In this document: piece by piece, positions 57,501-64,000 of the stretch
Layout of the letters: the number at the start of each line of letters is the position of its first letter
How positions within the stretch are numbered: position 1 is the stretch's first letter
Assembly (NCBI GenBank): GCA_003526375.1
Contig: DPDG01000052.1
Location: 4,139-68,138, forward strand
Direction of reading: 5' to 3'
From: Lentisphaeria bacterium
Lineage (GTDB): Bacteria; Verrucomicrobiota; Lentisphaeria; Victivallales; UBA1829
Length of the DNA stretch: 64,000 nucleotides
Notes under the pieces: model-generated
Database searches by the model: none
Seen by the model: only the letters and a program-made list of their open reading frames with translations
Told to the model about the DNA's origin: nothing
Program-made: the position numbers and the translations under genes

Positions 57501-57513
57501 TATGTACAAAAAA

Positions 57514-57540
57514 ACTCCGCACGGAAAAATGCGGAGTTTT
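57514..57540. terminator. bidirectional intrinsic terminator (ends rpsT)
   Basis: ACTCCGCA / TGCGGAGT stem flanked by A7 on the left and T4 on the right. On the minus strand the stem is followed by TTTTTTT, 23 nt after the rpsT stop. Confidence 0.7.
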
Positions 57541-57562
57541 ACAACAGTCAGACTGTGCGGAT

Positions 57563-57868
57563 TCAGGAAGCGGGAGCTTCGGCTTTCTTTGCAGCGCTGT
57601 TGACAAGAGAAGCGAGACGGGATTTCTTTCTGTCCGCTTTGTTCTTGTGGAACGTGCCGGATTTGACTGCTTTGTCAAGAGCCGCATACTGAGTCTTGAG
57701 GAGTTCCGCGGCGGAATTTTTGTCTCCGGCTTCGACGGCGGCACGGAGTTTCTTTTCCATTGTGCTGATCGTGTTTCTGCGGGATTTATGTCTGACGCGG
57801 GCTTTTTCGCTCTGCTTGTGGGTTTTGACCGCAGACTTTCTCACAAGTACTTTTTTCTTTTCTGCCAT
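57563..57868 (-). CDS. rpsT: 30S ribosomal protein S20
   Basis: KSAVKTHKQSEKARVRHKSRRNTISTMEKKL...ALDKAVKSGTFHKNKADRKKSRL. Confidence 0.95.
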   Translation of the reverse strand: MAEKKKVLVRKSAVKTHKQSEKARVRHKSRRNTISTMEKKLRAAVEAGDKNSAAELLKTQYAALDKAVKSGTFHKNKADRKKSRLASLVNSAAKKAEAPAS

Positions 57869-58109
57869 TTAAAGATCCTTTCAATTATGATAAGATTGCA
57901 TTATTGCTATTTCAAAATATATAATATAACTTGCAGTTGCACTGCTTTTCAAGTCGGAAAGACTAAATTTTGCGGAAAAAAAGTTCTGCATTTCCATGAA
58001 AAGTATAAAATCCCTCTAAAAGAGCTTGAAGAAAACACGGAAAGGATGTAGATTATAATTGTAATTTTATTGGTTGCCTGTCCCCGCTTGCTGAATACGG
58101 GGAGGATCA

Positions 58110-58143
58110 GGCGGGTTTCGCCAAAAGACCCGCCTTATTTTTT
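58110..58143 (+). terminator. intrinsic terminator in the nusA leader (possible attenuator)
   Basis: GGCGGGT / ACCCGCC stem followed by TTATTTTTT, 44 nt upstream of the nusA ATG. It is preceded by a second hairpin, CCCCG..CGGGG (58082-58102). Confidence 0.55.
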
Positions 58144-58187
58144 GGCACCGTTTGGGTAAAAATTTTAACAGCCTGGAGGCGGTAATT

Positions 58188-59465
58188 ATGAACAATGAAC
58201 TTCTGGCAACTCTTGAGTATATCGAACAGGAACGCGGAATCAGTAAAGAGCAGCTCGTGGACGCCGTCGAAAAGGCTATTTTGACAGCGTCGCGCAAAAG
58301 CATTCATCCTGCTTCCAATCTGGCTGTGAAGCTGGACCGCCAGACCGGCGAAATCAGAGCCTGGGCGCAACTCGAAGTCGTCGATACTTTCCCGAACAAT
58401 GACCAGATCACAATCGAAAAGGCGAAGGAGAAGTATCCCGATGTCCAGCTCGGAGACGTGGTGGAATGGGAAGTGACCCCGAAAAACTTCGGGCGCATTG
58501 CCGCGCAGACTGCGCGCCAGGCGATTCTCCAGCAGCTCCGCAAAGCGGAAAAAGCCATTGTGAAAGAGGAATATGACGAGAAAGTCGGGGAGATCGTCAA
58601 CGGCACCGTGAAACGTATCGAAGCCGGCGCGATTATTGTTGACCTTCAGAAATCCGAGGGTATCATTGCCGCGAAGGACAAGGTTCCCGGAGAGCAGTAT
58701 ATGGTCGGGGAGCGCATCAACGCATTGCTGGTCAAAGTGGATACGCTGGTGTCCGGACCGAGTCTGATTCTGTCGCGCTCGAATCCGGGTTTTGTCAAAA
58801 AACTGTTTGAACGCGAGGTTTCCGAGATTCACGACGGTGTCGTTGAGATCGCCGGAATCGCCAGAGAAGCCGGAATGCGCACGAAGATCGCGGTCCGGAG
58901 CAACGATCCCCGCATCGACCCGGTCGGCGCGTGTGTCGGAATGCGCGGCATGAGGGTCCGCAATATTACAAGCGAGCTCGGCAATGAGCGTGTTGACATC
59001 ATCCGTTATGAGGATGATATCAAGGTGTATGCCGCGAATGCCCTGCATCCTGCGAAGCTCGAATCAATCAGCGTGGATGAGAACCGCAGAATGCTGACGA
59101 TCCGCGTCAATTCCGAGAATTCCCGTCTGGCGTTCGGCAAGAAAGCGCAGAATGTGCGTCTTGCGCAGAAACTCATCGGCTGGAACATCAATTTTGTAAC
59201 GGACGACGCGGTGAAAGAAGACTCTTTCGAGGAGAAGAAGACGCAGTATATTTCGCAGCTTTCCTCCGAACTTTCCATTTCTCCCGCCAAGGCGGAAATA
59301 CTGGTGAACAACGGTTATCTGACGGTGGAAGGGCTGAGGAGCGCGGGAATTTCCGATATCGCTGCGATCAAGGGAATGGATGAAGAAACCGTGAATGCGA
59401 TTTCAGAAGGGCTGGCAAAGATCAATCAAACATCGGACGGTGCTTCCGACGGGGAGCAGCAGTAA
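58188..59465 (+). CDS. nusA: transcription termination/antitermination factor NusA
   Basis: MNNELLATLEYIEQERGISKEQLVDAVEKAIL N-terminus with S1 and KH regions. SD GGAGG upstream of ATG 58188. Confidence 0.95.
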   Translation: MNNELLATLEYIEQERGISKEQLVDAVEKAILTASRKSIHPASNLAVKLDRQTGEIRAWAQLEVVDTFPNNDQITIEKAKEKYPDVQLGDVVEWEVTPKNFGRIAAQTARQAILQQLRKAEKAIVKEEYDEKVGEIVNGTVKRIEAGAIIVDLQKSEGIIAAKDKVPGEQYMVGERINALLVKVDTLVSGPSLILSRSNPGFVKKLFEREVSEIHDGVVEIAGIAREAGMRTKIAVRSNDPRIDPVGACVGMRGMRVRNITSELGNERVDIIRYEDDIKVYAANALHPAKLESISVDENRRMLTIRVNSENSRLAFGKKAQNVRLAQKLIGWNINFVTDDAVKEDSFEEKKTQYISQLSSELSISPAKAEILVNNGYLTVEGLRSAGISDIAAIKGMDEETVNAISEGLAKINQTSDGASDGEQQ

Positions 59466-59538
59466 TCGTCTGCCGGACGGATTGCCGCACATTTCGATTT
59501 CAGGTTCCGGCAAAAAGTGAATTGTCAAAGGGATTTTC

Positions 59539-61584
59539 ATGGGAACAAAAAGTGTAAAAGTCAAAACTCTTGCGGATAAGTATGGCGTTTCCGTAAAGGA
59601 GATCATTAAAGAATTGGAGTCGCAGGGATTCGGGGATGACGTGAAGAGCGCCAGCTCTGTGATTCCGCCTGATGCTGTTGAGCTTGTGAAATCTTATCTT
59701 GACGAACTGATGGCGAAAAGAGGCGGGGAGCCCGGACGCGGAGCCGGAAACCGGGACGGTGGAGGAGCGGTTTCCGCCGCATCTGCCGGACAGCAGGAGG
59801 TTCATATCAAGGGACCGGTCATTGTCAAGAGCCTTGCCGAAGCCCTTGGTAAGCGCCCGAATGAGGTGATTACCAGTCTCATGATGATGAATGTCCTTGC
59901 GAGCATCAACCAGATGCTGGAGCCCGCCGTAGCCGTCGAACTTGCCGCGAAGATGGGATTCACGCTCGTGATTGACAAGCGCGGAAAAGAGGAGCATGTT
60001 CAGAAAGATGCCGGCAGCCAGAGTGCCGATGCTCCGGAGGAAATTGAATTTGCGGATAACCCGAAAGATATCATTGCACGTCAGCCGATCGTGACTTTCA
60101 TGGGACATGTCGATCACGGCAAGACCTCATTGCAGGACGCGATTCGCAAAACGCGTGTCGCGGCGGGGGAAGCCGGTGGAATTACACAGCATATCGGCGC
60201 ATCGATTGCGCACTGCGGCAATAAGTCGGTTACATTTGTCGATACCCCGGGGCACGAAGCGTTTACCGCAATGCGTGCCCGCGGCGCCAATGTGACGGAT
60301 ATCGTAGTGCTTGTTGTTGCCGCGGATGACGGTTTCATGCCGCAGACCATCGAAGCCATGAATCATGCCAAAGCGGCGAAAGTGCCGATCATTGTGGCTA
60401 TGAATAAGATCGACCTGCCGAATGCCAATCCGGACAAGGTGCTTCTGAATATGCAGCAGAACGGTTTGATGCCGGAAGACTGGGGCGGAACGATCGGCGT
60501 CGTCAAAGTGTCTGCAAAGACAGGGCAGGGGATCGACGATCTTCTTGAGCGCATCCTGCTGGAGGCGGAGATGCTGGAGCTCAAAGGCAATCCGAAGCGT
60601 CCAGCCGAGGCGTTTGTTCTGGAATCCCAGCTCGAACAGGGATACGGGCCGACCGCCAGCATCGTGGTCAAGAACGGGACGCTTCATGTGGGCGATCCGA
60701 TCATCTGCGGTGAATATTACGGCAAAGTCAAGGGGCTGATTGATCATCGCGGACAGCGTATCAAGTCCGCCGGGCCGAGCACTCCGGTGAAGATTGTTGG
60801 TCTGAGCGGTGTGCCGGATGCCGGAACGAAGCTTGTTGTCTGCAAGAGCGAGAAGGAAGCCAAAGAGATCGGCGAAGCGAGAAGCGCCAGCAAACGTGTG
60901 GAGACGCTCTCCGGCAAAGGCGGCGGCATGACGCTTGACGATCTGTTCTCGCAGATGGAGAACGGCAAACGCAATACGCTCAAAGTGGTGGTGAAGACTG
61001 ACGTCTGCGGCTCCTCCGAAGCTATTGTGGAGTCTCTCAAGAAACTGCCGTCCGAAAAAATCAGCGTGGAAGTGCTTCACGCCGCTGTCGGGGCGATTAC
61101 GGAAAGCGATGTCCAGCTTGCGGCTTCTTCCAATGCCATTGTGATCGGATTCCACGTCCGCGTCAATCCCGGCGTGAACGACCTGGCGAAGAAAGAGAAT
61201 GTCGAAATCCGTCTTTACAGTATCATTTACGAGCTGCTGGAAGACATCAAGGACGCTATGGCGGGTCGTCTTGAGCCGGATAAACGCGAGAAAGAACTCG
61301 GCGTAGCTCATATCCTGAAGATTTTCGAGCTGTCCAGAGGTCCGAAGATCTGCGGCTGCATGGTGGATAAGGGAGTGGTCAAGGTCGGCAGCAAATCGCG
61401 CGTATTCCGGAAAGGCGAGCTGATCTTCAACGGGGAAGTGCGTTCCCTCCGCCGTTTTCAGGACGATGTCAAGGAAGTGCGTCAGGGCATGGAATGCGGC
61501 ATCAAGCTGGACAACTTCCTCGACTTCGATGTCGGCGATGTGATCCAGTTCTATGAAATCGAGCTGAAAAAAGCGACACTCTGA
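59539..61584 (+). CDS. infB: translation initiation factor IF-2
   Basis: G domain [18 protein letters not shown] and NKID; 681 aa. Confidence 0.95.
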   Translation: MGTKSVKVKTLADKYGVSVKEIIKELESQGFGDDVKSASSVIPPDAVELVKSYLDELMAKRGGEPGRGAGNRDGGGAVSAASAGQQEVHIKGPVIVKSLAEALGKRPNEVITSLMMMNVLASINQMLEPAVAVELAAKMGFTLVIDKRGKEEHVQKDAGSQSADAPEEIEFADNPKDIIARQPIVTFMGHVDHGKTSLQDAIRKTRVAAGEAGGITQHIGASIAHCGNKSVTFVDTPGHEAFTAMRARGANVTDIVVLVVAADDGFMPQTIEAMNHAKAAKVPIIVAMNKIDLPNANPDKVLLNMQQNGLMPEDWGGTIGVVKVSAKTGQGIDDLLERILLEAEMLELKGNPKRPAEAFVLESQLEQGYGPTASIVVKNGTLHVGDPIICGEYYGKVKGLIDHRGQRIKSAGPSTPVKIVGLSGVPDAGTKLVVCKSEKEAKEIGEARSASKRVETLSGKGGGMTLDDLFSQMENGKRNTLKVVVKTDVCGSSEAIVESLKKLPSEKISVEVLHAAVGAITESDVQLAASSNAIVIGFHVRVNPGVNDLAKKENVEIRLYSIIYELLEDIKDAMAGRLEPDKREKELGVAHILKIFELSRGPKICGCMVDKGVVKVGSKSRVFRKGELIFNGEVRSLRRFQDDVKEVRQGMECGIKLDNFLDFDVGDVIQFYEIELKKATL

Positions 61585-61694
61585 TCTGTTATCATCGAAC
61601 ATTTGCCTGCCGGCGCGACTCTATGAATCTGCCGGCAGGTTGCGAAAAGCCTGTTCCGTAAATCCGGAAAAATCCTTAAGAAGGAGGTGTGCAA

Positions 61695-62048
61695 ATGGCT
61701 CAGTCTCACGACAGAATTGCCCGTGTCAACGAAATCCTGAAACGGGAAATTGCAGATATCATCGAGAAACGCGGGGTCGGCGGAGGCGATACCCTTGTTT
61801 CCGTAACCAAAGTCCATGCGTCGGAATCGCTCCGCAATGCGACGGTGTATGTCAGTGTTTTCGGATCGAAGCCGCCGGAGGAGATTCTCAGGGCTCTGAA
61901 CAAGCTCCGCCCGGATATCCAGCACAATGTTTCCAGGCATGTGATCCTGAAATATACGCCGGTGCTTCATTTTGTCCACGATATGAACCTTGAGGAAGGC
62001 GACAAGGTCCTTTCACTGATTCGGGAACTGGAAGAAAATGAGCAATGA
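61695..62048 (+). CDS. rbfA: ribosome-binding factor A
   Basis: RIARVNEILKREIADII...LKYTPVLHFVHD. SD AGGAGG lies 7 nt upstream of ATG 61695. Confidence 0.9.
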   Translation: MAQSHDRIARVNEILKREIADIIEKRGVGGGDTLVSVTKVHASESLRNATVYVSVFGSKPPEEILRALNKLRPDIQHNVSRHVILKYTPVLHFVHDMNLEEGDKVLSLIRELEENEQ

Positions 62049-63036
62049 CATCACTCTTGCCGAGGTAAAGGACCGTCTTGAACAGCTTCGCGGCAAGGGG
62101 CGGATTCTGCTGATGACCCATGAGCGTCCCGACGGCGATGCGGTCGGTTCGCTCTGCGGCATGTATTTCATCCTGCGCGAAAACGGTTTTTTCGTGGATG
62201 CGCTGATTCCCGAATCGGTGCCTGACATGTATCAGGATTTTGTCCCGAGCGGGCTGATCACTTCCATTACGACGCTTGGCGTTGAATGTTATTCGCTCCT
62301 GATCACACTGGATGCTTCGACCAGAATGCGCGTGTCCGCTCCCTGTATCAAGGAGGACGGTATTACAATACCATGCCTGAATATTGATCATCATCCGGAC
62401 AATGAGCGTTACGGCGACGCGAGTTATGTGGTGCCGACGGCGTGTTCGACTGCCGAGATTGTTCTTTCGATCGCGAAAGCCGCGACTCTGATGATCAGCC
62501 CCGTTTCCGCGACTCTGCTGATGCTGGGGATCATTACGGATTCCGGCTGTTTCCGGTTCGACAACACGACGCCGGAGGCTCTGCGTGCCGCGGCGCGGTT
62601 GCTGGAGCTTGGCGCGGACCGTCGGCACATCATCAGGAACTGTTTTCTTTCCAAACCGGAAAATATGGCGCGTTTTGAAGCGGACCTGCTTTGCAATCAC
62701 ATGAAGAAAGAGTTCGGCGGAAAGTTCGCGTGGTTCTATCTGGATCCTGATTTATTGAAAAAATATGAGGTGGACCTGCGCAATACGGAGCAGGTCATCG
62801 AGTCGCTGCGCGCGATTGACGGCGTTGTTGTCGCGGCGGTGATCCGGAAGGAGAAAGAAGGCTTCAAGGTCTCGCTCCGTTCCAAGGCGAGACAGATATC
62901 CGTCGGCAGGATCGCGAGACGGCTGAACGGGGGCGGTCATGAGATGGCTGCGGGCTGTTCTATCTCCGCGCCGACGATTGAAGAAGCTGAAAAGATACTT
63001 GCAAACAACGTGGAGATGGAGCTCAATGAGAAATAA
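62038..63036 (+). CDS. nrnA: DHH-family phosphoesterase (NrnA-like oligoribonuclease/pAp phosphatase)
   Basis: HERPDGDAVGS, NIDHHPDN and GGGHEMAAG (DHH/DHHA1 motifs). Confidence 0.8.
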   Translation: MSNDITLAEVKDRLEQLRGKGRILLMTHERPDGDAVGSLCGMYFILRENGFFVDALIPESVPDMYQDFVPSGLITSITTLGVECYSLLITLDASTRMRVSAPCIKEDGITIPCLNIDHHPDNERYGDASYVVPTACSTAEIVLSIAKAATLMISPVSATLLMLGIITDSGCFRFDNTTPEALRAAARLLELGADRRHIIRNCFLSKPENMARFEADLLCNHMKKEFGGKFAWFYLDPDLLKKYEVDLRNTEQVIESLRAIDGVVVAAVIRKEKEGFKVSLRSKARQISVGRIARRLNGGGHEMAAGCSISAPTIEEAEKILANNVEMELNEK

Positions 63037-63787
63037 TCCCGCCCGGCACCGCCTGCCGATTTTCGACCGCAGCGGCGTGCTTCTTGTCAACAAACCGACG
63101 GAATGGACGAGTCACGACGTCGTGGCGTTTGTGCGTTCCCGTTTCAATGTCCCGAAAGTGGGGCACTGCGGAACCCTGGACCCTGCCGCGACCGGACTGC
63201 TTGTCGTCGTGCTCGGAAAATTTACGAAGCTGAGCCAGAAGTTCAGCGGCGAAGACAAAGTTTACGAAGGAACGATCCTGCTCGGCAGAGAGACCGATTC
63301 GCAGGACATGGACGGCAATGTGATCCGTGAAAGCGATCCTTCCGGTGTGACGGAACAGATGCTGCGCGATACTTTCGCGGGATTTGTCGGTGATATCGAA
63401 CAGATCCCGCCGATGGTGTCCGCGGTGAAAAAAGGCGGAGAGCGTCTTTACGAGCTTGCGCGCAAGGGGCAGGAGATCGAGCGTGAAGCGAAACCGATCA
63501 CGATTCATTCCATCACGATGGACCGGATTGAACTGCCCTACGCCGATTTTACGGTTTCCTGTTCCAAGGGAACCTATATCCGCACCCTCTGCGCGGATGT
63601 CGGCGCGAAGCTCGGATGCGGGGCGTGCCTGTACCGCCTGAACCGGATCAGAAGCGGCGAGTTCGATCTTGAAAACGCCGTGACGGTTGAGGAGATGAAA
63701 AACTGGACGCAGGACGATCTGAATGATTATATTTCCGGTTTTCTGCACCGGAAACTGGCGCAGATGAATCATTTTACAAACTTTTGA
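63026..63787 (+). CDS. truB: tRNA pseudouridine(55) synthase
   Basis: GVLLVNKPTEWTSHDVV and GHCGTLDPAATGLLVV (catalytic Asp). Start at the internal Met 63026, overlapping the nrnA end. Confidence 0.92.
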   Translation: MRNNPARHRLPIFDRSGVLLVNKPTEWTSHDVVAFVRSRFNVPKVGHCGTLDPAATGLLVVVLGKFTKLSQKFSGEDKVYEGTILLGRETDSQDMDGNVIRESDPSGVTEQMLRDTFAGFVGDIEQIPPMVSAVKKGGERLYELARKGQEIEREAKPITIHSITMDRIELPYADFTVSCSKGTYIRTLCADVGAKLGCGACLYRLNRIRSGEFDLENAVTVEEMKNWTQDDLNDYISGFLHRKLAQMNHFTNF

Positions 63788-63808
63788 CACAGGAAAGGAC
63801 GGGGGTGT

Positions 63809-64000
63809 ATGTCAGAGCAGGTCAGTGTAAGTGTGGTTGAGGACGCCGTCGGGAAGTTTCTGAAATCCATGGAGAATGCGGAATCGTTTTCCGTGAACGA
63901 CGTCGTTGCTTTCGTGAACCAGAACGCGGCTCTGCCTCCCGCCGAACGCAAGGAGCGGGTCGAACGTGATATCGAGTTGATTCTGGAAGGGCGTTCGGAT
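63809..64000 (+). CDS. 5' part of a hypothetical gene running off the window
   Basis: ATG 63809 opens a frame (MSEQVSVSVVEDAVGKFLKSMENAESF...) with no stop up to base 64000. No motif recognised. Confidence 0.3.
   Translation, partial: MSEQVSVSVVEDAVGKFLKSMENAESFSVNDVVAFVNQNAALPPAERKERVERDIELILEGRSD

Larger units (their letters stand above)
52733..57513. other. low-GC (~40% by hand count) defence islet inserted between the anti-sigma gene and rpsT
   Basis: Composition drops abruptly relative to ~58% flanks. Content: an ORF6N protein, a single-chain R-M-S enzyme and a truncated RelA/SpoT-type gene. No integrase or flanking direct repeats found. Confidence 0.6.

Noticed and set aside
57500-57603. 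3' part of ORF 57268..57603 as genuine coding sequence.
   Set aside because: It reads through the rpsT terminator hairpin and antisense to rpsT, and the translation loses all family resemblance after about residue 75.
61606-61639. 9-bp GC hairpin (CCTGCCGGC..GCCGGCAGG) between infB and rbfA as a terminator.
   Set aside because: It has no U-tract, and the flanking genes form a conserved operon. It is more likely a processing or stability element, and I cannot support a call.

Overview
64-kb chromosomal segment, most consistent with a PVC-superphylum bacterium, Lentisphaerota/Victivallales-like. Support: roughly 55-60% GC by hand counts, several DUF1559-type prepilin-signal proteins, and LacI-controlled exported glycan-enzyme operons. 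All calls come from reading the translations and DNA by eye; no database search was run. Content in order: (i) 1-8.7 kb holds a Tad-like cpaB-cpaF-tadB-tadC module with two FHA domains, a DUF192 protein and a PEGA lipoprotein, but no pilin, prepilin peptidase or secretin. (ii) rsmG, an O-acetylesterase and pta. (iii) Two LacI -> pilin-like -> exported enzyme cassettes (12.1-17.1 kb and 17.3-24.0 kb). The second lies in a lower-GC segment that starts at a LacI gene fragment and ends at tRNA-Val. (iv) A complete type I-C cas3-cas5-cas8c(+internal cas11)-cas7-cas4-cas1-cas2 operon with no CRISPR array where one is expected. It is followed by about 670 bp of non-coding DNA with a GC hairpin, two CRP/FNR-type palindromes and a GC-rich structured stretch. 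(v) A ferritin-like gene and uxuA. (vi) nikR, a predicted NikR operator, a third pilin-like gene, DUF2162-like/ExbB-like/DUF2149-like genes and an exported CobN-family chelatase. I consider this the most unusual system in the window. (vii) Housekeeping genes: nadA, hydE-like, Rrf2, kef, metG, pepF, ECF sigma/anti-sigma. (viii) A ~4.8-kb, ~40% GC defence islet: an ORF6N-HKD-like protein, a single-chain R-M-S restriction enzyme with an in-frame amber codon near its start, and a RelA/SpoT gene fragment. (ix) rpsT and the nusA-infB-rbfA-nrnA-truB operon.
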